Part shown: one piece after another, positions 9,247 through 18,252 of the stretch | Numbering within the stretch: the first letter of the stretch is position 1 | Layout: each line of letters starts with the position of its first letter | Source of the DNA: Nitrospirae bacterium JdFR-85 | GTDB lineage: Bacteria > Nitrospirota > Thermodesulfovibrionia > Thermodesulfovibrionales > JdFR-85 | Assembly (NCBI GenBank): GCA_002011745.1 | Contig: MTOU01000013.1 | Coordinates: forward strand, 128,279-192,278 | DNA length: 64,000 bases | Direction of reading: 5' to 3' | The notes under the pieces: model-generated | Told to the model about the DNA's origin: nothing | Seen by the model: only the letters and a program-made list of their open reading frames with translations | Database searches by the model: none | Made by a program: the position numbers and the translations under genes

Positions 9247-9268
9247 GGGGAGGGGATTTCCCTTCCCC
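9247..9268. terminator. GC-rich hairpin (9-bp stem with one G-U, ATTT loop) after the protease gene; an A-run upstream gives a U-run on the minus strand
   Basis: ggggagggg-attt-cccttcccc, preceded by aaaaagcaaaaaa. It could terminate either strand. Confidence 0.45.
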
Positions 9269-9483
9269 AAGCTGGGAGGTGTTATAACACTTTAAAAAAG
9301 GAGGTGGTAGAGGCGCCAAATTTTGCGCTTATCGTCTTTCAAGTGAGTTCTACGTACGAATATATAACAGCTAAAGCGTATTACAAAAAACGTGGAAACC
9401 CTTGTGTAAATAGCACATTTCATCTGTTTGAGGAAACAAAGGGTAAGATATTCTGAGTGTTTTAAAAATCTTTTATTCTTGTT

Positions 9484-9816
9484 TCAGCGAGTCTTACATA
9501 ACTCTTCATCTATTTCATATCCCACATAATATCTGTCCGTCCTTAGTGCAGCTATTGCTGTTTGACCACTCCCCATGAAAGGATCAAGAACAATCTCATT
9601 TTCAAATGTATAGAGTTGTAATATCTATTAAGGTAATTTCACTGGAAATGAAAATGGGGTCCTACTTTTTGGCAGATTCAACAGGAAATGACCACACACT
9701 TTTAGTGAATTCAAGAAAATTCTTCGGGTGAAATGGTACTTTATCTTTTTCTCTGGATTTCTTCTATTAAAAGTATCTTTGGAAGACACTAAAATATATT
9801 CGTAAATATCTCTCAA
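9484..9816 (-). pseudogene. N4/N6 DNA methyltransferase remnant (C-terminal half only, frameshift plus two in-frame stops)
   Basis: The minus strand reads ...TPFSFPVKLP-TAA-TAG-ILQLYTFENEIVLDPFMGSGQTAIAALRTDRYYVGYEIDEELCKTR. This is the PFP.eLP block and the DPFxGSGxT AdoMet motif of beta-class MTases. EFTKSVWSFPVESAKK lies in a different frame just upstream. The N-terminal DPPY half is absent. Confidence 0.7.
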
Positions 9817-9824
9817 GGTAGGGT

Positions 9825-10151
9825 TTGCTGCAGAAATATTGTGGAGGGCAGGATAAGGAAACTCCTGTCTCTGATCAGCCGCTCAGAGACAGAAAGCATA
9901 AAGACAGCATACCAGAAGTACAGAGATGCAGGAGGTTGGAACAGGTACCGCCTGATGAACATTACGGATGTGAACGTCGCATTGATTCCTTTTCCAGCAG
10001 AATGGATGAGGAGCCTTTTGCCGTTGATGACGTGCAGATTGAAGACGTTCAGGAGGCTCTTTCGAGAGACGAACTATGGGAGCTCGTAATCACACAACTC
10101 GTCGTGAGCTATAACATCTATCGTTCTGTAAAGACGCTTTTGATAGTGTAA
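9825..10151 (+). CDS. hypothetical ORF in a G+C-richer block (function unknown, may be a fragment)
   Basis: 108-codon ORF starting with a non-ATG codon, with no motif I recognise. The competing ORF 9841-10089 lies in another frame, so coding status is uncertain. Confidence 0.2.
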   Translation: MLQKYCGGQDKETPVSDQPLRDRKHKDSIPEVQRCRRLEQVPPDEHYGCERRIDSFSSRMDEEPFAVDDVQIEDVQEALSRDELWELVITQLVVSYNIYRSVKTLLIV

Positions 10152-10291
10152 AGAAAGTTGAGGAAACACTGGCATCTCTGCGGCAGGACGGGAAGAGGGC
10201 CGTACAACCCATTCGGCCGCAGTCAGGAGCGGGCTGGCGCAGGTCGTAAACTTAGTACTTTTGATCCTTCTGTGTCTTTACGTACTGATTT

Positions 10292-10522
10292 ATGAATAAG
10301 CTGATTACAGTTAAAGAACTCTCGGAAATCCTTAGCGTGAAGCCCAAAACCATTTATCAATGGGTAGCACTGGACCAGATACCGTGTATTAAGTTGAACG
10401 GAGCATTGCGGTTTGATTTGGAAGATATTAAGGTATGGATTGACTCCTGCAAGAGGGGTTATAATAAGGGTGCCTGGTCTAGGAGTGCCTTAGCAATTCC
10501 GAAGGAAAGGAGGCACTCCTGA
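10292..10522 (+). CDS. xis: excisionase-family helix-turn-helix DNA-binding protein
   Basis: 76 aa. LITVKELSEILSVKPKTIYQWVALDQIPCIKLNGALRFDLEDIKVWI is the MerR/AlpA-type excisionase pattern. The stop overlaps the integrase ATG (TGATG). Confidence 0.75.
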   Translation: MNKLITVKELSEILSVKPKTIYQWVALDQIPCIKLNGALRFDLEDIKVWIDSCKRGYNKGAWSRSALAIPKERRHS

Positions 10523-11205
10523 TGGGCCTTTACCAAAAAAGAGGCATCTGGTATTATACCTTCACCCATCAAGGGCGAAGGTACCAAGGTTCTTTGAAAA
10601 CAAAAAACAAACGACTCGCTGAGAAATTATACCACAAAATCACCACAGAAATTCTGGAGGGGGAGTATTTTGACAGGGCCAAGACCAGGAGGTATACCTT
10701 CCAAGACCTTGCAGAACGGTACATGCAGTTCTATCAGAGACAGAGAGACATACATACCATAAAGCACCTTCTGCCAATTTTTGGACACATGAGGCTTTCA
10801 GACATCACCACAGAGATGGTGGCCCAGTACAGGGCCAAGAGACTTGAGAAAGTTAAGCCTGCCACAGTTTACCAGGAATTATCCCTTCTGAGGCGGATGT
10901 TCAATGTTGCCATACGAGAGTGGGGATGGATCAAGGATAATCCTGTATCAAAGCTGTCCTTCTCCGTAGGCAATAGCAATGTAAGGGACCGATGGTTGAC
11001 TCTGGAAGAGGAAAAAAGGCTGCTTGAGGCAGCAGACAGACCATGGTGGTTAAGACCTTTGTTGATTGTAGCCCTTCATACGGGTATGCGGAAAGGTGAG
11101 ATACTTAATCTGAGATGGAAGGATATAGACTTCAAGAGAAGAGTGATAACAGTTAGGACTATCATGATTGACCATCTACCAGAAAATCCTTTAAAATCAA
11201 TATAG
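10522..11205 (+). pseudogene. int: tyrosine integrase, N-terminal 212 aa only (truncated after the first catalytic Arg)
   Basis: Has the SAM-like N-domain (GIWYYTF...RLSDITTEMVAQYRAKR...VYQELSLLRRMFNVAI) and the start of the catalytic domain (LLIVALHTGMRKGEILNLRWKDIDFKRRVITVRT). It then runs into unrelated sequence [14 protein letters not shown] and stops inside the repeat. The Lys, His-x-x-Arg and Tyr regions are absent. Confidence 0.8.
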
Positions 11206-11227
11206 CGAGAGTGGCGGAACTGGTAGA
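11176..11227 (+). repeat. right copy of 52-bp inverted repeat (29 nt upstream flank plus tRNA-Leu positions 1-23)
   Basis: ctaccagaaaatcCtttaaaatcaatatagcgagagtggcggaactggtaga. See the left copy. Confidence 0.95.
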
Positions 11228-11289
11228 CGCGCTGGACTTAGGATCCAGTGGGATAACCCGTGGGGGTTCGAGTCCCCCCTCTCGCACCA
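11205..11289 (+). tRNA. tRNA-Leu (anticodon UAG), type II with long variable arm, CCA encoded
   Basis: Hand fold: acceptor GCGAGAG/CTCTCGC; anticodon stem CTGGA/TCCAG with loop CTTAGGA (UAG); variable arm TGGGATAACCCGTG; T arm GGGGG-TTCGAGT-CCCCC; discriminator A then CCA. Confidence 0.95.
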
Positions 11290-11352
11290 GCTTTTATCTA
11301 AACCTCATGGGAGGTCCCCATTTCTGAGATTATTATAGATGGATACAATGTT

Positions 11353-11817
11353 GTGGGCATCTACCACAGAGACCTTGAATCTGTAAGAAAGCATTTCATA
11401 AATACCCTGATCACATACCGAAAGATAAAAGGACATGCAATAACTGTGGTCTTTGATGGGCATGGTGGAGTGTCCTTGAAAGATAGTATAGCCTTTGAGG
11501 GAGGAATAAGGATAATCTTCACCAGCACAGGCAAGAAGGCGGATGACCTTATAAAGGAGATTATCCAGAGGGAGAAGAAACATTTTATAGTAGTTAGTTC
11601 TGACAGGCAGATTGCAGAGTTTGCCTGGTCTAAGGGCTGTGTTCCCATACGCTCAGAGGACTTCTTAAACCGAGTAGAAAGCACACTACAAAAAGGCCTT
11701 GATGAAAAGGTTCTACTCTATGAAGACGAAGAGCCCTCTCCTAAGAGCAAAAAAGGCTCTCCGTACAGACTCTCAAAAAAACAGAAAGCTATTATGAGGG
11801 CGTTGAACAAGCTATGA
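11353..11817 (+). CDS. NYN/YacP-like (Rae1-type) RNase domain protein; coordinates from the first GTG, but homology starts upstream
   Basis: 154 aa from GTG 11353. The same frame is open from 11302 and encodes ...[11 protein letters not shown], the conserved N-terminal (V/I)DGYN box of YacP/NYN proteins, with no ATG/GTG/TTG available. Followed by VVFDGH and VVSSDRQIAEFAW. Confidence 0.75.
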   Translation: MGIYHRDLESVRKHFINTLITYRKIKGHAITVVFDGHGGVSLKDSIAFEGGIRIIFTSTGKKADDLIKEIIQREKKHFIVVSSDRQIAEFAWSKGCVPIRSEDFLNRVESTLQKGLDEKVLLYEDEEPSPKSKKGSPYRLSKKQKAIMRALNKL

Positions 11818-12704
11818 GTTCTCCTACAAGAGCTTCTGAACTGGCCCAGAAACTCAACCTCTTCTTTATCAGTCTCTTCCTCTCCATAGCCCTGCTCTTC
11901 TTCAGAAAAATAGAAAATAATATATTTATTCTTGCGCAGTACCTGAGCCTTTTAATACTCCAGCTACTGCTCATGAATCTCAAGACATCACAAAAGTTGT
12001 TGAGTACAATCAGAGACTTTATATTTCCTATCACCTCTGTATTCGTAATATTTGACAGCCTTACTGAACTAATCCCGGCAGTAAACCCAAGAGATATAGA
12101 CCAGGTGTTGATTAAACTCGACTACCTGCTCTTTGGAACACACCCAGTGCTCTATTTTGAAAGGTTTAATTCACCACTGCTTGCCGATATCTTTCAGTTG
12201 AGCTACTGTACCTACTACTTCATGCCTGTGGCACTGGGAATACTTCTCAAGATCCATAAGAAGGAAGAAGCTTTCCAGAAGGGACTTTTTTTAATACTTC
12301 TGTGTTTTTATCTATCATATATCGGATATCTACTCTTCCCAGCACTGGGACCCCGTTATGCAATACCTCACCTATACCAGACAGAACTCAAGGGCTACAT
12401 ATTCTACGAAAAGATAAACTATGTGCTTAATGCACTTGAAGGCATAAAAAGGGATGCATTTCCAAGTGGTCATACAGGTGTTACATTGGTTGTGCTACAT
12501 CTGGCATTTAAATATGAGAAGAAACTCTTCTATTTTCTTCTCCCTCTGACCATACTAATGTTAATATCCACTGTTTACTGTAGATATCACTATGTGGTGG
12601 ACCTGATTGGAGGGGTAGGGCTCTATTTTGTTACCCTTTTGATGGGACGAATGATTGTAAAAGCAATTAACAATGAACAAAGCGGAACTGAGAAGCAGAT
12701 TTAG
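11814..12704 (+). CDS. PAP2-superfamily polytopic membrane protein (phosphatase / phosphotransferase-like)
   Basis: 296 aa with multiple TM helices. KRDAFPSGHTG and CRYHYVVDLIGG correspond to PAP2 motifs C2 and C3. ATGA overlap with the NYN gene. Confidence 0.7.
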   Translation: MSSPTRASELAQKLNLFFISLFLSIALLFFRKIENNIFILAQYLSLLILQLLLMNLKTSQKLLSTIRDFIFPITSVFVIFDSLTELIPAVNPRDIDQVLIKLDYLLFGTHPVLYFERFNSPLLADIFQLSYCTYYFMPVALGILLKIHKKEEAFQKGLFLILLCFYLSYIGYLLFPALGPRYAIPHLYQTELKGYIFYEKINYVLNALEGIKRDAFPSGHTGVTLVVLHLAFKYEKKLFYFLLPLTILMLISTVYCRYHYVVDLIGGVGLYFVTLLMGRMIVKAINNEQSGTEKQI

Positions 12705-13572
12705 GGGTTCGTTGCTTGGGCTTGCCCTTGGAGACTCCCTAGGAGCACCTTTTGAAGGCCTTCCTCCAGGAGACTACAGGTTTAACTGTAGTAAGCCCTT
12801 GTACTATACAGATGATACAGAAATGATGATCAACCTCGCAGAGAGTATTATTGAACAGAGAGATGTGCTGCCAGAGAAGGTGGCAGAGGCTTTTATAAGA
12901 AACCTGAATCCCTACAGGGGTTATGGGCCTGGCACACTCAGCGTCTTGGCCCTAATCCAGAAAGGGATACCCATGGAGCAGGCTACCAGGATGGTATTCC
13001 CTAACGGCTCCTATGGCAATGGGGCTGCAATGCGAGTGGCTCCTGTAGGACTTGTCTTCTACAGAGATACAAAACAGCTTCTTGAAGCCTCGGAGAAGGC
13101 GAGCATCCCTACCCATACCCATCCTCTTGGAATAGAGGGTGCAAGGATTGTAGCCTTATCAGTAGGACTGGTTTTACAGGGCACAGAGGGAGATTCATTA
13201 ATAAGCATACTTGAAAGAAATATTAAAACAGAAGATTTCAGAAGAAAATTTAAACTACTAAAAGAACTACTCTCCAAGGATACATCAAAAAATGAGGTGA
13301 TTGAAAGGCTCGGCAATGGAGTGCTTGCTACTGAGTCTGTAGTAACTTCTCTTTATGCCTTTCTAAGGTATGGCAACTCCTTTGAAGAGACTATAAACTT
13401 CTGTATCAGTCTCGGTGGAGACACAGATACTATAGGAGCCATGGCAGCTGCCCTTACAGGAGCTTCTCTGTCACTGGAAGGGCTTCCTCCTCACTGCCTC
13501 AACAGACTTGAAGACTATGAAAGAATTCTTACCTTAGCTGACAGGCTCTTTGTTTTGGCTGAAGACTTATAA
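12673..13572 (+). CDS. ADP-ribosylglycohydrolase family protein
   Basis: 299 aa. LGLALGDSLGAPFEG near the N-terminus, YTDDTEM, and C-terminal GGDTDTIGAMAAALTGA metal-binding block. Confidence 0.85.
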   Translation: MNKAELRSRFRGSLLGLALGDSLGAPFEGLPPGDYRFNCSKPLYYTDDTEMMINLAESIIEQRDVLPEKVAEAFIRNLNPYRGYGPGTLSVLALIQKGIPMEQATRMVFPNGSYGNGAAMRVAPVGLVFYRDTKQLLEASEKASIPTHTHPLGIEGARIVALSVGLVLQGTEGDSLISILERNIKTEDFRRKFKLLKELLSKDTSKNEVIERLGNGVLATESVVTSLYAFLRYGNSFEETINFCISLGGDTDTIGAMAAALTGASLSLEGLPPHCLNRLEDYERILTLADRLFVLAEDL

Positions 13573-13575
13573 TTA

Positions 13576-13665
13576 TTATTTTTTCTTCTTTTTTCTGGGA
13601 CGGTACTTACCGTATGTTCCCAGTTTTATCTTTCCACGCTTCGTCTTTCTATCTCCCTTACCCAT
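13576..13665 (-). CDS. 30S ribosomal protein bTHX
   Basis: Own translation gives [29 protein letters not shown] (29 aa). It closely matches my recollection of Thermus Thx ([25 protein letters not shown]). GGGGTGA SD 5 nt upstream. Too short for the ORF track. Confidence 0.85.
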   Translation of the reverse strand: MGKGDRKTKRGKIKLGTYGKYRPRKKKKK

Positions 13666-13758
13666 AGTTCACCCCATTTAAGAATTTAGGCTAAGCTAAT
13701 ATAGATAAAACTATACGCCAAAGTCAATGGCAGAGCAGAAGATACTGGCTCTGAATGT

Positions 13759-14193
13759 TTAAATCAACCTTCTGGGCCTCCACTCCTTTGCCTTGTCAAT
13801 AATATGCACCACTTCCCACCCCCTCTTCTGGAGCACCCTGGCAATCCATCTTCTATGACACCTCCAGGGAAATTTCTCTGCACAGAGCACCACAGAGACC
13901 TTCTTTTTAGCTATCTCTTCAAGAGCCTGTATACCCTTTATAAAGTCTTCTGTCTTCATATAATCTGTATAACCGCCCCTTCTGTATCCACCCAGCAAGG
14001 CGCCAAGAAAGTGATACTCTATCTGGAGTGATGAAAGAAGTTTCTGCAGATTCTCTTTCTTGTATATCTCAAACTTACTTGTGGGGAACCTTCTCACATC
14101 GATCACAGCCTCAATAAGGTAATAATTCATTATCTCCACAAAGTCCTCCTCATCTCTCCTGTCTGTACCAAGGGTATATACAAGTCTTTTCAT
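13759..14193 (-). CDS. DUF488 family protein
   Basis: 144 aa. VYTLGT..., VIDVRRFP and LLCAEKFPWRCHRRWIA match the DUF488 pattern as I recall it. ATGA overlap with the upstream ATPase gene. Confidence 0.65.
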   Translation of the reverse strand: MKRLVYTLGTDRRDEEDFVEIMNYYLIEAVIDVRRFPTSKFEIYKKENLQKLLSSLQIEYHFLGALLGGYRRGGYTDYMKTEDFIKGIQALEEIAKKKVSVVLCAEKFPWRCHRRWIARVLQKRGWEVVHIIDKAKEWRPRRLI

Positions 14194-15905
14194 CCTTTCT
14201 GTCTCACACGTAGGGTTCTCAGCCTGTTTATTGCGGCTGCAAGCTCATGCCTTCTGAAGAAGGCATAATCTCCTGAAGGCACTGGAGAAAGTACATCAAG
14301 CCCTCTGCCTTCTACCTCATTCAGTACAGTGTCTACCACCTCTCTGATGGTCTTCTCTTCATCCATATAATGGATAGCCTTGAGGATCGCATCACCAATC
14401 GCATTCGTTTGACAGGGATCAACAAGCTGTTCTATGGATGAGAGATCTATCTCATGTCTGCCAAAGACGATCCTGCTTAATCCCTTAGCAGTTATCTTAA
14501 CTTCCTTTCTGCCCCTGGAAGGGTCAAAAGACCTTCTTATGGGTATACGTACTCTGAAGTTCCCAAAGGTCTCACCACCTTCACTCAGCCTTTCTGCCCT
14601 GAATCTTTCTGCAATCTTCTTGGCCTTATCAGTAAAATCATAGGGACAGTACTCTATCATACAGACTACAGTGTCAGCCACATCAAAATACTCCCCAGAG
14701 CCACCAATAACAAGCACTGTGGAGACACCAAGATCTTTATACAGGAGTCTTACCTTATCAATAAAGGGGGTGATTGGCTCATAGAACTTGGGCAACAGTT
14801 GCTGCATTCTATGGTCTCTTATCATAAAGTTCGTTGCTGATGTGTCTTCATCTATCATTATGAGGCTGGTCCCTATCTCCAGTGCCTCAATTATATTTGC
14901 TGCTTGAGAGGTACTTCCAGAGGCATCCTCTGTTGAGAATGCCCTGGTCTGCTGTCCAAAGGGCAGGTTGGTGATAAAAGGCGAGATATCAACCTTCTCG
15001 ACTCTTCTACCATCCTCAGCCCTTATCTTTACTGCATCATCAACTGTTATCACAAACTCTCTCCCATCTCCAGGAATATGGTTGTATATCCCCAGTTCTA
15101 TTGCTCTCAGCAGAGTAGATTTACCATGATATCCACCTCCGACTATGAGAGTAACTCCTTCACGGATCCCCATACCCACTATCTCGCCCCTGTTCGGAAG
15201 TACAATGGATACCTTCAGGGTATCGGGCACCTTAAAAGGCACCACCTTTTCATCTCTCATAGGTGTATCCTCTATCCCACTTGAGCGGGGTAGAATGGCT
15301 CCTTCAGCAACAAAAGCTACAAGACCCATGGACTTCAGTTTTGCCCTCAAAAAATCGGCATCCTCAGAGGTCTCAATATGCTCATAGAGTTCCTTTTTGT
15401 TGAGACTCTCGAAAAAGAGAGAGTTTTTTACAATCTGGGGTAATTCATTAAAAAACATCTTCTCTGCCTCTGATGAGGCGATAGTCCTCCCATGGGCAGG
15501 CAGTCCCATAACAAATCTAACCTCCAAGTATCCATCCTTGATAATCACTGAGGTTCTGTCTAATATCTCCTGTCCAGGCCTTGCAATTCCTATAAAACCA
15601 CTTTTGCCTGAACCCCTCTTACCTTTACAGAACCTTTTGATGTTATTAAAGAATACCCTTGTGAGGTAATCCCTGAGAGCCACCTCCCTGCTGCGGGTTT
15701 TATATGTATCCTCTGGAAGTTCTGTATCTTTGAGACTTACTCTGACTCTCATTCTTGAAGGTGATGCAAAAGGGTCTGCCTGTACATGGTCCACTATCAA
15801 GACAAAGTAACCAAAATTATACTCCCCTTTTATTTCTCTATAAGCCCCATATCCCTTTTTGTCCACTCTCCTAAGAATTCTCTTAAGTTCATCCATTCTC
15901 CTCAC
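14190..15905 (-). CDS. predicted ABC-class ATPase (COG3044 / ABC_ATPase family)
   Basis: 571 aa. N-terminal KKGYGAYREIKGEYNFGYFVLIVDHVQADPFASPS, P-loop GGGYHGKSTLL, and IMIDEDTSATNF (Walker B-like). Confidence 0.7.
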   Translation of the reverse strand: MRRMDELKRILRRVDKKGYGAYREIKGEYNFGYFVLIVDHVQADPFASPSRMRVRVSLKDTELPEDTYKTRSREVALRDYLTRVFFNNIKRFCKGKRGSGKSGFIGIARPGQEILDRTSVIIKDGYLEVRFVMGLPAHGRTIASSEAEKMFFNELPQIVKNSLFFESLNKKELYEHIETSEDADFLRAKLKSMGLVAFVAEGAILPRSSGIEDTPMRDEKVVPFKVPDTLKVSIVLPNRGEIVGMGIREGVTLIVGGGYHGKSTLLRAIELGIYNHIPGDGREFVITVDDAVKIRAEDGRRVEKVDISPFITNLPFGQQTRAFSTEDASGSTSQAANIIEALEIGTSLIMIDEDTSATNFMIRDHRMQQLLPKFYEPITPFIDKVRLLYKDLGVSTVLVIGGSGEYFDVADTVVCMIEYCPYDFTDKAKKIAERFRAERLSEGGETFGNFRVRIPIRRSFDPSRGRKEVKITAKGLSRIVFGRHEIDLSSIEQLVDPCQTNAIGDAILKAIHYMDEEKTIREVVDTVLNEVEGRGLDVLSPVPSGDYAFFRRHELAAAINRLRTLRVRQKG

Positions 15906-15998
15906 GGTTCCTCCTCATTTTAGATAACCTCTCTTTAGGATATAAAATATATCAGAGTTTCTTGCAAATACCAGATTGCATCTGATAATATGTGTTGA

Positions 15999-17454
<1,456 letters not shown>

Positions 17455-17466
17455 ACTTTACTGCAG

Positions 17467-18252
17467 ATGTTAACCAGACGTCTCCTTCTTATCTTCTTCC
17501 TCACTCTTTCCAGTATTCTGCTCATGATCTACCAGAGCACACATGGACCAATAAGGCTGTTGTCTTCACTGGAAACACCTATTTTCTTGCTAAGAAAAGG
17601 TATTGTTCAGGGATTTGATACCCTCTCCACCTATTTCCAAGATAAAAAAGACCTCACAATGGAAATGGACAGACTGAAACAGACTGTACAGGAGCTGCAG
17701 AGTAGACTCCAGAGCCTTGAAGAGCTGGAGGAGGAGAACGCCAGGTTAAGAGAGCTCCTCAATTTCAGCAAAAGACAGAAGAGAATTATCACCTTTGCAA
17801 GGGTGGTCTCACCACTGCCTGACAGATACTCAGGTATTATAATAATCAACCGAGGAGGCACCGACGGAATAACCAAGGATATGGTAGTAACTACAGTGGA
17901 CGGACTTGTAGGAAAGGTGATTGAGGTGAAACCAAAATATTCAAAAGTGTTATTGATTACAGATGTAAACTTCTCTGTATCTGTGAAGGTGAAAGGTACT
18001 GGACTGAATGGAGTAGTTTCAGGAAGAGGCGACAGCCTCTGTCTTCTAAAGTATATCTCAAAAGATGAAACCCTCCAAAAAGGTCAACTTCTTGTTACAT
18101 CCGGTATGGATGGTATATTTCCAGAAGGAATACCTGTGGGATATATAAAGGATGTCTATGAGGGAGACAATCTATTCCATCTGGTCACGGTAAAGCCAGC
18201 AGTGAATATTGCAAGGATAAAAGAGGTAATATTGATGAGAAATAAAGGATGA
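17467..18252 (+). CDS. mreC: rod shape-determining protein MreC
   Basis: 261 aa. N-terminal TM, coiled coil (LQSRLQSLEELEEENARLRELL), then beta-rich domains (VVTTVDGLVGKV, GIFPEGIPVG). Follows mreB. Confidence 0.9.
   Translation: MLTRRLLLIFFLTLSSILLMIYQSTHGPIRLLSSLETPIFLLRKGIVQGFDTLSTYFQDKKDLTMEMDRLKQTVQELQSRLQSLEELEEENARLRELLNFSKRQKRIITFARVVSPLPDRYSGIIIINRGGTDGITKDMVVTTVDGLVGKVIEVKPKYSKVLLITDVNFSVSVKVKGTGLNGVVSGRGDSLCLLKYISKDETLQKGQLLVTSGMDGIFPEGIPVGYIKDVYEGDNLFHLVTVKPAVNIARIKEVILMRNKG

Larger units (their letters stand above)
7278..11227. mobile_element. decayed integrative-element remnant beside tRNA-Leu, bounded by a 52-bp inverted repeat
   Basis: Contains an excisionase, a truncated tyrosine integrase, an MNT/HEPN remnant, a methyltransferase remnant and a frameshifted protease gene. 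G+C is markedly higher than in the flanks in two blocks. Bounded by inverted copies 7278-7329 and 11176-11227. Confidence 0.6.

Noticed and set aside
9296-9335. tRNA-like string ggtggtagaggcgccaaattttgcgc
   Set aside because: It resembles a D-arm, but I could not fold a cloverleaf. Only a 4-bp GCGC stem forms, and there is no T-loop.
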